Shown: positions 18,938 through 27,937 of the stretch, one piece after another | Layout of the letters: each line of letters opens with the position of its first letter | Position numbering within the stretch: the stretch's first letter is position 1 | Virus record (IMG/VR): IMGVR_UViG_3300021963_000037 | Location: 1-64,000 of that record | From: a virus | DNA: 64,000 bases | Strand: one strand, 5' to 3' | The notes under the pieces: generated by a model | Database searches by the model: none | What the model was told of the DNA's origin: nothing | The model's input: only the letters and a program-made list of their open reading frames with translations | Translations under genes and position numbers: made by a program

Positions 18938-19864
18938 ATGATTACATCACATTACACTTCAAACCAGAACGTATTTTGGTATTTCGATTCAGTCGAAAAA
19001 CAAGAAAGTGTTTATTACAAAGCAAAAGGTTGGATTGTTGTCAAGGATGGTGACCACTTTAAACCAGTTAGTTCATTGAGTATCAATGAAATAGAAATAT
19101 CATTCGAAAGAACACATCGTCCTGATGTACAAGGTTATTATCCGGGTAAAGACACTAAAGTTGGAGTTGAATTCATTTTTAGATCAGGTCAGGATATTAC
19201 GGTTCATTTTGGAGATTTAAAATACAACTGTGGAAATATCGACAATTATATTGCATTCCATTCTGGATTCGCAAATGAGAATAAAGGTCTAATTGTAGTT
19301 GATAACTTCTATGCTAATCCGGATTTTGTCAGAGATTTTGCAATGAAATCTCTAGATTTTAATCCTTCTAATTATCACAAGGGCAAAAGAAGCGCTGAAA
19401 GATTTATTTTAGAAGGTACTAAAGAGAAATTAGAGAAAATCATTGGTCGAGAGATTACTAATTGGAATTATGAAAGATATGCAAATGGTGTATTCCAATA
19501 TTGTGTAGCAAACGACCCATTAGTATTTCATGTCGATACACAAAATTATGCAGGAATGGTATTCTTAACTAAGGATGCTCCATTCGATACAGGTACATCA
19601 ACTTATTCTAGTAAAATTACTGGAAGAAAGAGATTTGATGATCCTGCCCTAGATGAAGAAGCATATGTTGCTTCATTTAAAGGCAAAAATGCTGAAATGA
19701 ATTTCTATGATGGAACTCATTTTGACAAAATTGATGAGGTTGGCAACGTGTACAACCGTTTAGTTCTATTCGATGCTAAACAAATTCATGCTCCTAGCAA
19801 ATACTTCGGTGATGCTATTGAAAATGCAAGATTCTTTCACATGTTCTTTTTTGATGTAATTTAA
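18938..19864 (+). CDS. 2OG-Fe(II) oxygenase-like protein (DUF6445-like)
   Basis: IVVDNFY.NPD, HVD, YNRLVLFDA..IH, R..HMFFF. Confidence 0.7.
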   Translation: MITSHYTSNQNVFWYFDSVEKQESVYYKAKGWIVVKDGDHFKPVSSLSINEIEISFERTHRPDVQGYYPGKDTKVGVEFIFRSGQDITVHFGDLKYNCGNIDNYIAFHSGFANENKGLIVVDNFYANPDFVRDFAMKSLDFNPSNYHKGKRSAERFILEGTKEKLEKIIGREITNWNYERYANGVFQYCVANDPLVFHVDTQNYAGMVFLTKDAPFDTGTSTYSSKITGRKRFDDPALDEEAYVASFKGKNAEMNFYDGTHFDKIDEVGNVYNRLVLFDAKQIHAPSKYFGDAIENARFFHMFFFDVI

Positions 19865-19869
19865 TAAAT

Positions 19870-21717
19870 ATGAATGATAAAAACAGGGTGTTACACATCA
19901 TAACTAGATGTAGTAGACTAAATAATATCATCAAAGTTGGAGAATCACTTCCAACGAAAGATGGTAAATTACAAGTGCAATGGCATGTTATCTTCGATTC
20001 AACTCGATTAAAAGATATTGATGCTGAAATTCTTGGTAGATTACAAGAAGAGTACAATGCTAAACTTTATTTTGAGTTTTCTCAAGGTGGAGATTACTTA
20101 TATCCTCAAATGAATAAAATCATTATTGATAATATTCAAGAGGGCTGGATCTATTCTCTAGATGATGACAATATTTTACATGAGAAATTATTTGATAATT
20201 TTGAAGCTCTTGTAGGATTCTGCGAGGCTGGAAATCATGTTGGAATTGTATTTAATCAACATGTTGCTGGTAAAGATTTTACAGGTCTCGATGTTAGATA
20301 TGCAAAGCCTGAAAATATGAAAGTTAGGTCAATTGATTTGGCTCAATTCATTTTACACCGATCAGTTTTTAATGATTTTGATTTTAAAGGTGGATACGAT
20401 GCTGATGGTAAATTCATAGAAAAAGTATATGAATCAAATCCAGACGGATTCTTATTCATTGACAAAATTCTGTCTCACTATAACTATTTACAAAAACCGT
20501 CTAAAGCAAAGGTACCAAAGATTCTCTATATTGGAGAAGGTACACCTATTCTAGAGTCAAATAATCCAGCAAATTGGGAATCAAGCGAGCTTGATGTTGA
20601 ATACATTAAAGACGATTCAAATATCTACAATGATATTGCTAGAATTAAACCGATTGCAATTATAAGTGCATATGAAAATCCAGCAGAATTAACAAATCTA
20701 TGGAATGGTCCGTATGAATTAAGAAAAATGTGGATCAACGTTGATTCTAAAGATCCATTGGCTGGAGAAAAAGCATATCAATGCGCAATGGGAGCCATGT
20801 TAGAGAATGATATTTCTAAATTGATTTCTTATTTTACTCCAATCTATAATACTGGAGAGAAACTATGGATGACTTATGAATCATTGACAAAACAGACTTA
20901 TACTAACTGGGAATGGGTTATGGTAAATGATTCTAGCGATGGAGGAGCAACTCTTAAAATTGCTCAGAAAATAGCTTCATTAGATCCACGAGTTAAAGTA
21001 TTTGATTTTAATCCAAAAAGTGGAGGCAATATTGGTGAAGTAAAATGGAGATGCGCAACTCTTACTAGAGGTTATATCTTAGCTGAATTGGACCATGATG
21101 ATTATTTAGTTCCAACATGTACCGAAGATTTATATAATGCTTCTCAAAAACATAAAGACGTAGGATTCTTTTATACAGATTCTGCTGAAATCGATCAAAA
21201 CTGGAATTCATTAAAATATGGACCAGGATTTGCATTTAGTTATGGACATTATGTAACTGAAAATGTATTAGGCAAGGACTTTGAAGTTGCTGTCTCTTCT
21301 AATATTAATCCAAAAACAATTAGACATATTGTTGGAGTTCCTAACCATGTTCGAGCATGGAGAAGAGAAACTTATTTTGAAATAGGCGGACACTGTAGAG
21401 ACCTCACGATCGCAGATGATTATGAATTAATCGTTAGAACATTCTTGAAAACCAAGATGATGAGAATACCACGATTAGGTTACCTTCAATTTATTTATGA
21501 TGATGGTAATACTACAAACTCTCATAATTTAGGTCGAGCAGATATTCAGCGTCGAGTTAGAACAATTATGTACCATTATAATGAGCAAATCAAAGCAAGA
21601 TTTGAAGAGTTAGGAAAAGAAGATTGGGCTTATAACGAATCTCCAAATGATCCTTTATCTGTAGAAAGTAGATTTGGCGATCAAGAAGGATATGTCAACG
21701 AAATTTACGAACTATGA
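19870..21717 (+). CDS. two-domain family 2 glycosyltransferase
   Basis: LDDDN in the first domain; TPIYN, VNDSSD, ELDHDD, ADDYEL in the second. Confidence 0.85.
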   Translation: MNDKNRVLHIITRCSRLNNIIKVGESLPTKDGKLQVQWHVIFDSTRLKDIDAEILGRLQEEYNAKLYFEFSQGGDYLYPQMNKIIIDNIQEGWIYSLDDDNILHEKLFDNFEALVGFCEAGNHVGIVFNQHVAGKDFTGLDVRYAKPENMKVRSIDLAQFILHRSVFNDFDFKGGYDADGKFIEKVYESNPDGFLFIDKILSHYNYLQKPSKAKVPKILYIGEGTPILESNNPANWESSELDVEYIKDDSNIYNDIARIKPIAIISAYENPAELTNLWNGPYELRKMWINVDSKDPLAGEKAYQCAMGAMLENDISKLISYFTPIYNTGEKLWMTYESLTKQTYTNWEWVMVNDSSDGGATLKIAQKIASLDPRVKVFDFNPKSGGNIGEVKWRCATLTRGYILAELDHDDYLVPTCTEDLYNASQKHKDVGFFYTDSAEIDQNWNSLKYGPGFAFSYGHYVTENVLGKDFEVAVSSNINPKTIRHIVGVPNHVRAWRRETYFEIGGHCRDLTIADDYELIVRTFLKTKMMRIPRLGYLQFIYDDGNTTNSHNLGRADIQRRVRTIMYHYNEQIKARFEELGKEDWAYNESPNDPLSVESRFGDQEGYVNEIYEL

Positions 21718-22388
21718 TAACTTTTATAATACCAACTCTTTGGAAATCTGATAAAATCAAAGGGACAATAGAATCTATTATTAAATCTGACCGGAAGGAT
21801 GTAGAATTAATCATAATAGATAATCTAAATTCAAACTATTCTACAAGTGATCCTAGAATTACGGTGGTCAAAGTAAAAAACAACATCTATGTTAATCCAG
21901 CATGGAATATTGGAGCTACTTTGGCAAGGAATGAATACATTTGTCTATTGAATGATGATATTTCTTTGAACGTTGATTGTCTCTTAAATAATTTTGAAAA
22001 ATTTAAAGAATCAGCACCGGATTTTGGAATGATTGGATTACATAATGACAATATAATTAATGGTCTAAATTCTAACTCAATAAATTCTGACAACGATAAT
22101 TTAGAATTAGAAGAGTTAGATTGCAGAGTATATGGATTTGGTTGTATGATGATTTTAAAGAAAGCTAATTATGTTCAGATCCCAAATGAATTTAAAGTCT
22201 TTTTTGGAGATGATTACTTATATTTCTATAATAAAGATTTGAAAGGTCGAAAAATCTATCAAATCAAAGGACTTAAAACTCCAGGAGATGTATCGGTTAC
22301 GAGTAAAGAATTTGAAGATACTCATATGCAACAAGAACATCAATATTGGGATAACGCAATACAAGATTTAATAACTAAACATAAATAA
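21714..22388 (+). CDS. family 2 glycosyltransferase
   Basis: IIPT, IIIDN, NPAWNIG, LLNDDI. Confidence 0.85.
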   Translation: MITFIIPTLWKSDKIKGTIESIIKSDRKDVELIIIDNLNSNYSTSDPRITVVKVKNNIYVNPAWNIGATLARNEYICLLNDDISLNVDCLLNNFEKFKESAPDFGMIGLHNDNIINGLNSNSINSDNDNLELEELDCRVYGFGCMMILKKANYVQIPNEFKVFFGDDYLYFYNKDLKGRKIYQIKGLKTPGDVSVTSKEFEDTHMQQEHQYWDNAIQDLITKHK

Positions 22389-22391
22389 AAT

Positions 22392-22991
22392 ATGAACTTT
22401 CAAAACATTTTTGTACAACCAGAAAACGATCCTCAACAGTATTATTGGTTCGAAAAAGGATTTACACCAGCAGAATTAGAAAAAATCTATAATGATGTTG
22501 CAAATATTCCATTCGAAAAAGCAACTATTATCGGGGCAGACAAAACAGAGACTGACACATCAGTTAGAAGCTCTAGTATTAAATGGATTCCACAATCAAA
22601 CGAATGGTCTTGGTTATATGACAAATTAACCGCAATGGCTAGTGAAGCTAACGAAGCTCTTTGGGGTTTTGATTTAATTTCAGCACCTGAAGCAATTCAA
22701 TATACTGAATATTATGCAGACCAAGAAGGTCATTATACATGGCACCAGGATCTTGGAAATGGAATGGCATCAAGACGAAAAGTGTCAATCACTGTTCAAT
22801 TATCAGATGCTGATGATTATGAAGGTGGAGACTTAGAATTATGGGGAGGTGGAGAATGGATTCGTCAAGCACCACGTGGAAAAGGAAATGTTGTTGTATT
22901 TCCATCTTACTTAATGCACAGAGTAAAACCTGTTACTAAAGGAACTCGTCGTTCTTTCGTACTTTGGGTAGGTGGTCAACACTACAAATAA
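22392..22991 (+). CDS. 2OG-Fe(II) oxygenase (P4Hc/PKHD-like)
   Basis: YTWHQD, RKVS, YEGGDL, FPSYLMHRVKPVTKGTRRS. Confidence 0.9.
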   Translation: MNFQNIFVQPENDPQQYYWFEKGFTPAELEKIYNDVANIPFEKATIIGADKTETDTSVRSSSIKWIPQSNEWSWLYDKLTAMASEANEALWGFDLISAPEAIQYTEYYADQEGHYTWHQDLGNGMASRRKVSITVQLSDADDYEGGDLELWGGGEWIRQAPRGKGNVVVFPSYLMHRVKPVTKGTRRSFVLWVGGQHYK

Positions 22992-23008
22992 AAAGTAATA
23001 TATAGAGT

Positions 23009-23953
23009 ATGAAATCTCTATTAACATTTGAACAATTTATAAACGAAGCAATCGTCAAGGATGATTTCAAGAAAGTGTGTATCACTCGAAGAAAGATTCT
23101 TGACGATTCTTTTATTACGGGTCCAGCATACAAATCAAAAGAATACTGGAATGTTATAACAAGAGATATGGAATCTATCGAAAACTTCGATGATATGCCT
23201 GTCTTAAATTATGATCGAGGAACTTTAGAAAAGTTTTTAGAAAACGGTATGATTAAACCATACCAAGTTTACAATAATATTGAAGCTAGAGAAACTATTG
23301 TTTCAAAGGCAAAATTCTATAAGGAACATGCTGATAGTGGATATATTGTTCCTACTGCAACTGATAAAAATGATGTTGGTAAACTTAAGTTTCCAATTGT
23401 TGCAAAGCCTGACAATGAACACAGTGGATTAGGTATTACCGTATTTAAAGATGCTAAAGAATTTGAAAATGCAGATTTAAGTAAGTTCTCTTCTTTCTCA
23501 GAAAAAATAGATATTGCTGAAGAGCATAGATATTTTATGTGGAGAGATGAAATTATCCAGTGGTGTCAAAGAGTTCCTATGGATGACGAAACAGCAGACA
23601 TTGCTAAAAAAGATCCAGAAAAAGAAACTAACTTTTCTTATATTCTTAAAGATGTTAAAGACATCAAAGACTCCCATATTAAAGCAATTAGATATTTCTC
23701 TGATGCTCATCAAGATTTAGACTTCTACGCAATTGATTTGGCCGAAGATGCTAAAGAAAACATTTATGTGTTTGAAATGAATTCTGAACCTGGTACCCTA
23801 TTTGGAGTACTTACAATTGTTTATCAAAGAATCTACGAAGATTACTATGAGAAGCCAATGGATCCAAGTACTATTGAATTATTAAAACAATATAAAGAAG
23901 CTGATTCTAAGCAGAACACAAAACAAAATCCTAACTGGAAAGTTCAAAAATAA
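23009..23953 (+). CDS. ATP-grasp (RimK-like) protein with putative capsid-targeting N-terminus
   Basis: FPIVAKP..HSGLG, AIDL and FEMNSEPG; N-terminal MKSLLTFEQFINE. Confidence 0.65.
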   Translation: MKSLLTFEQFINEAIVKDDFKKVCITRRKILDDSFITGPAYKSKEYWNVITRDMESIENFDDMPVLNYDRGTLEKFLENGMIKPYQVYNNIEARETIVSKAKFYKEHADSGYIVPTATDKNDVGKLKFPIVAKPDNEHSGLGITVFKDAKEFENADLSKFSSFSEKIDIAEEHRYFMWRDEIIQWCQRVPMDDETADIAKKDPEKETNFSYILKDVKDIKDSHIKAIRYFSDAHQDLDFYAIDLAEDAKENIYVFEMNSEPGTLFGVLTIVYQRIYEDYYEKPMDPSTIELLKQYKEADSKQNTKQNPNWKVQK

Positions 23954-24193
23954 ATGGGATATCCGAATAACAAGTGTATGGTACTAACGATATACGTCCA
24001 CCACATGCTTGTGGACGAACTATTTGACTTCTTGAATGATAGGATTGATACTCCACCCCCATACTGGTTCAATGAATCTGATGCTCCTTATTCTATTTCA
24101 GGTGGATATATTGCTATCCATCTAACATACGATCAATACACTAAAGTTCGCTCAATTCGTAATTGGGCAGATCCTTTCGAAACTTTAGATTAA
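23954..24193 (+). CDS. hypothetical protein
   Basis: 79-aa ORF abutting the previous gene. Confidence 0.7.
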   Translation: MGYPNNKCMVLTIYVHHMLVDELFDFLNDRIDTPPPYWFNESDAPYSISGGYIAIHLTYDQYTKVRSIRNWADPFETLD

Positions 24194-24217
24194 ACCTTTC
24201 TCTTTTTTTTCATATAA
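24191..24217 (+). promoter_or_regulatory. class B promoter
   Basis: TAAAC-17 nt-TATAA. Confidence 0.6.
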
Positions 24218-24259
24218 TTTGAAAATACTTTGCAAAATATTTTACCGTTTGAAATATTT

Positions 24260-24276
24260 TGTTTATATTTACATAT
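24260..24276 (+). promoter_or_regulatory. class A promoter motif TGTTTATATTTACATAT
   Basis: 17-mer repeated upstream of five small genes. Confidence 0.75.
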
Positions 24277-24290
24277 AACAAATTAGATAT

Positions 24291-24566
24291 ATGGCAAAGA
24301 AACAGAAAGAACTTCAAGTTATCAACGTTAAAAATCCTAAAATAGGTAAAATCTATGAATTTACATGGGCTAAAATATCCGTGTATCATGGTACTCTTCT
24401 AGAAGAGAATATTAATCTAACAAAATCTTATGGTGTTAAATGGTATTCATTTGCCGTTCCTGCTTCTCCAGAAGATGCTGCTAAATTAGGTCGACCTTAT
24501 TGGGTTTATCCTTGCTCAATCTTTGATATTATTAAAGAAGTTCCAGAAATTAAAATCGTAAAATAA
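24291..24566 (+). CDS. hypothetical protein
   Basis: 91-aa ORF. Confidence 0.75.
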   Translation: MAKKQKELQVINVKNPKIGKIYEFTWAKISVYHGTLLEENINLTKSYGVKWYSFAVPASPEDAAKLGRPYWVYPCSIFDIIKEVPEIKIVK

Positions 24567-25294
24567 TGTATACTAAAGAAGAAATCAAATCGATGTTGTT
24601 CATCGATATCGAGACGACATCTGGATTTAAGACTCTAGATGAATTAAAAGAATCTCATCCTGAGCTTATAAGTTTCTGGGATCGTAAAGAAAAGTTTATT
24701 CGAGCAGAGGATGTAGAACTTAAGGATGCTGAAAGTTCAGACATTTATTTTCAAAAGGCATCTTTGACTGCTGAATGGGGACGAATAGTTTGTATCTCAG
24801 TTGGTCAAATCAAATTTGATGAGGACGATGTTCCATTCATGCAAAAGAAATCATTCTATGGTTCTGACGAAAAAGAATTGTTGGTTGATTTTGTTAACTT
24901 TATGAGCCAAGTATTCTTTAAGGCACCTGGTATTAAACTGGTTGGACACAACATTAAGGGATTTGATTTACCTTATATTATTAAGAAGTCCATTCTATAT
25001 AGTTTAGAATTACCTAGACAACTTCACTTACATAAAGTTAAACCTTGGGAAAACTGTCTTATTGATACCTATGAAGTATGGAAAGCGGGAGGTTGGTCTA
25101 GTGCTGCATTAGCACATCTCTGTATCTTATTAGGAATTAAGAACCCTAAAGATGATATGAATGCTGGAGAAGTTGGAGCAGCTTTTTATGCTGGTCGAAT
25201 TGAAGAGATTAAAAACTATTGCGAAGAGGACATTGAAGCAGCCGGTAGCTTAATGTTGAAATTTGCCAATATGTCACCAATTAGAAGTTACTAA
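24566..25294 (+). CDS. PolB-like 3'-5' exonuclease (DEDD family)
   Basis: FIDIET, GHNIKGFD, YCEED. Confidence 0.85.
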   Translation: MYTKEEIKSMLFIDIETTSGFKTLDELKESHPELISFWDRKEKFIRAEDVELKDAESSDIYFQKASLTAEWGRIVCISVGQIKFDEDDVPFMQKKSFYGSDEKELLVDFVNFMSQVFFKAPGIKLVGHNIKGFDLPYIIKKSILYSLELPRQLHLHKVKPWENCLIDTYEVWKAGGWSSAALAHLCILLGIKNPKDDMNAGEVGAAFYAGRIEEIKNYCEEDIEAAGSLMLKFANMSPIRSY

Positions 25295-25346
25295 TTTAGG
25301 TTTAATGACAATTTGGCATATTTTACCAAATGGCACACTTTTTGAG
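25264..25346 (+). promoter_or_regulatory. sigma54-type promoter with two upstream palindromic boxes
   Basis: TGGCAC-ACTTT-TTGA at 25331 (GG-N10-GA); TGCCAATATGTCA at 25264 and TGACAATTTGGCA at 25306. Confidence 0.6.
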
Positions 25347-25393
25347 TATATTATAGTAATGGCATAAGCCAGAAATTAAAAATAAATTAAATT

Positions 25394-25759
25394 ATGTTTA
25401 CAACAAGACAAACAAGTTTTGACAAAATGTGCGACGACATTTTTGGAAAATTCGAACAACCAATCTGGAAAACTACAATGTTTGCAGAAGATAAAGGATA
25501 CGTTGTTGAAAATGGAATTCTTTATATTTCTCTGCCTGGTTTTTCAAAAGAAGACGTCGATGTTAGCATTGATGGTAGAACATTAATTGTATCTGCTGAA
25601 ATTGCAAAAAAGGATGAGAATCCATTTAGAAAATCTTTTAGCAGAAGTTGGGTACTGGCCGACGATACAAGCGATGAGGTAACTGCTTCCATGGAAGATG
25701 GTCTATTATCACTATCATTTGGTAAAGCTCCTGAAAAGAAAAAAGTGAAAATTTCTTAA
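25394..25759 (+). CDS. Hsp20/alpha-crystallin small heat-shock protein
   Basis: LPGFSKEDVDVSI, FSRSWVL, ASMEDGLL. Confidence 0.9.
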   Translation: MFTTRQTSFDKMCDDIFGKFEQPIWKTTMFAEDKGYVVENGILYISLPGFSKEDVDVSIDGRTLIVSAEIAKKDENPFRKSFSRSWVLADDTSDEVTASMEDGLLSLSFGKAPEKKKVKIS

Positions 25760-25796
25760 AAATATTTCACTAAAAGTTTTTTTATGTCGCAAAAAT

Positions 25797-25813
25797 TGTT
25801 TATATTTACATAT
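25797..25813 (+). promoter_or_regulatory. class A promoter motif
   Basis: TGTTTATATTTACATAT. Confidence 0.75.
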
Positions 25814-25832
25814 CATTTAAAACTAATAAATA

Positions 25833-26150
25833 ATGTATAACGACGATTTTGAAAACGAAGATTTCTTTGAAGAGAACGAAGAAAATGAACAAGACGAAAT
25901 AACTCAAATTATGCAAACAAACGAAGTTAAAGGAATGTACTACGATGTAGTTGATCAGTTGGTTCGAGCTAACTTTAAAAACATTGAAACTAACGGTATC
26001 GATGTTGATAAAATGAAGCTTATTAACTTAAACCAAGATGAACTTAAGAACACATTAACATTCATGCTTAACTGGTTTGCCGAATTAGAAGAGTATGAAA
26101 AATGTGGACTATTAAAAAAGTACTTAGTCGAATTAGAAAAAGGAAGCTAA
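25833..26150 (+). CDS. acidic small protein with UVR-like motif
   Basis: WFAELEEYEKCGLLK. Confidence 0.75.
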   Translation: MYNDDFENEDFFEENEENEQDEITQIMQTNEVKGMYYDVVDQLVRANFKNIETNGIDVDKMKLINLNQDELKNTLTFMLNWFAELEEYEKCGLLKKYLVELEKGS

Positions 26151-26164
26151 CCGCTTCCTTTTTT
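26137..26164 (+). terminator. intrinsic terminator
   Basis: AAGGAAGC-TAACC-GCTTCCTT followed by a T run. Confidence 0.75.
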
Positions 26165-26195
26165 ATTTAGATAAATATATCATAACAATTTAATT

Positions 26196-26393
26196 ATGGC
26201 AACACCAAAGGAAACCCAGTTAATCGACGCTATGATGGCTTTAACAGTTCAGTTAAAGAGGATTGCTGATGTCGTTGAGCGAGATCAGAAGAAATCAATT
26301 ATAGAATATCGTAGAGAACAGCTTAATAAAGAAAAGAATGAGTTATTATCAGACATTAAGCGTTCAGGAAACGGCGACGCAGGACGAGATTAA
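26196..26393 (+). CDS. hypothetical protein
   Basis: 65-aa ORF after GATAAATA; overlaps dnaJ by 56 nt. Confidence 0.6.
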   Translation: MATPKETQLIDAMMALTVQLKRIADVVERDQKKSIIEYRREQLNKEKNELLSDIKRSGNGDAGRD

Positions 26394-27156
26394 GAATGCA
26401 TATCGCAGCCTAGCGAAGCAGTACCATCCTGACCGAAATCCAGACATATCATCTAAAGATAAATTTCAGGCAGTTCAAGAAGCCTATGAAACTCTTTCAG
26501 ATCCTTCTAAGCGACAGCAATACGATTTAAGTCGCAAATTTTCAGGTACTAATTTTAATATTAATGACTTATTCAGCCAATTTGGCGGAAATTGGTCTAA
26601 TGACTTTGATCGTCATTTTAATCATGAGAAATCTGCTCCAGGAAAAGACGTTAGAATTAATGCAACATTTAATATTCTAGATGCGTACCATGGAACTAGT
26701 CGTGTATTCGATCTAGGATTTGATAAAGTTCGAGTTGACTTTGCTCCAGGTCTACATACTGGCATGGTATTAAAAGTTTATGGTCGTGGAGATTACAATC
26801 GATTTAATACGACTGCACCTCGTGGAGACTTAATTATCAATATCAATATTCTACCAGATGATAACTTAATTCTACAGGGTCACGACATCTGGATGGATTC
26901 TTATGTTCCATTTTATGATTTAATTTTAGGAACCGAATTGACTGTAGAAACACCATTTGGCAAATATAAAGTTAATATACCACATAATACTGCTTCGGAA
27001 AGAATTTTAAGAATTCCAAATAAAGGAATGCCAATATATAAAACACAGGATCATGGTAGTTTACTCATTAAGGTACATGCCAATTTCAATTGCTTAAACA
27101 ATGAGCAGCTAGATCTTGTAAATAAAATTAAAGAATTGGCAAATGGAAAATCATAA
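26338..27156 (+). CDS. dnaJ: DnaJ/CbpA-like co-chaperone without zinc finger
   Basis: J domain with HPD motif and DnaJ C-terminal domain. Confidence 0.9.
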   Translation: MSYYQTLSVQETATQDEIKNAYRSLAKQYHPDRNPDISSKDKFQAVQEAYETLSDPSKRQQYDLSRKFSGTNFNINDLFSQFGGNWSNDFDRHFNHEKSAPGKDVRINATFNILDAYHGTSRVFDLGFDKVRVDFAPGLHTGMVLKVYGRGDYNRFNTTAPRGDLIININILPDDNLILQGHDIWMDSYVPFYDLILGTELTVETPFGKYKVNIPHNTASERILRIPNKGMPIYKTQDHGSLLIKVHANFNCLNNEQLDLVNKIKELANGKS

Positions 27157-27397
27157 TCAAGATATAGATGATGATGCTCTGAATTTTTTTAATGCAGTAC
27201 AAAATTTACCAAAGGATCAAATGATGGATTTGGTATATCATGCAATAATTAATAAGAAACAAGGCGCATTAAAAGGAAATTCAACGCGTGAGGAAAAGAT
27301 AGAAGCTTTAAATTTTATAATTGGCTGGTTCGAATCTTTAGAGGAGTATGAAAAATGCATTGAATTAAAAAAAATACTACAAGAAATATGCTTATAA
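27143..27397 (+). CDS. small protein with UVR-like motif
   Basis: WFESLEEYEKCIELK. Confidence 0.75.
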   Translation: MENHNQDIDDDALNFFNAVQNLPKDQMMDLVYHAIINKKQGALKGNSTREEKIEALNFIIGWFESLEEYEKCIELKKILQEICL

Positions 27398-27585
27398 TAG
27401 ACGTAAAAAACGGAAATATCGAACAAGCTCTTAAAAAATACAAGAGTAAAGTTGCTAAAACAAAGCAAATTAAAAAATTAAGAGATAGACAATCCTTTGT
27501 CAAACCATCCGTTGAAAAAAGAGATGAAATTCGTAAGGCAACTTATATTCAATCTTTAAGAACCAACACGGAAAAAGAATCATAA
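27388..27585 (+). CDS. rpsU: ribosomal protein bS21, Bacteroidota type
   Basis: MLII.VK..NIEQALKKYK...LRDRQSFVKPSV..R....KATY. Confidence 0.92.
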   Translation: MLIIDVKNGNIEQALKKYKSKVAKTKQIKKLRDRQSFVKPSVEKRDEIRKATYIQSLRTNTEKES

Positions 27586-27662
27586 TATAATCATCACATT
27601 TATATTTAACTGAACATTCCAGGAAATATATAATTCAAAATGATGATTGATTTTTACTGTGT

Positions 27663-27923
27663 ATGGGCGAGAATATACCAAATAGAGAAAAGGATAGTAT
27701 TATGAGGTCAAGTTACTACACTTTGACCCGTAACTTCACGAAAACAGTGAATAGATTCATTGTGTTTCAAGAAGGTAAAGACCTAATTGAAATACCACAC
27801 GGTATGGGACAACGCTCCAAATTCATAGAATTATTAGTTGATTATTTTGAAAAGATGGAAGAGTATGAAAAATGCGATTCTCTTATGAAATTAAAAGCAT
27901 TAGTCCTAATGGCTGGTGATTAA
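27663..27923 (+). CDS. small protein with UVR-like motif
   Basis: YFEKMEEYEKCDSLM. Confidence 0.75.
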   Translation: MGENIPNREKDSIMRSSYYTLTRNFTKTVNRFIVFQEGKDLIEIPHGMGQRSKFIELLVDYFEKMEEYEKCDSLMKLKALVLMAGD

Positions 27924-27937
27924 ATACAAAAACAAAT

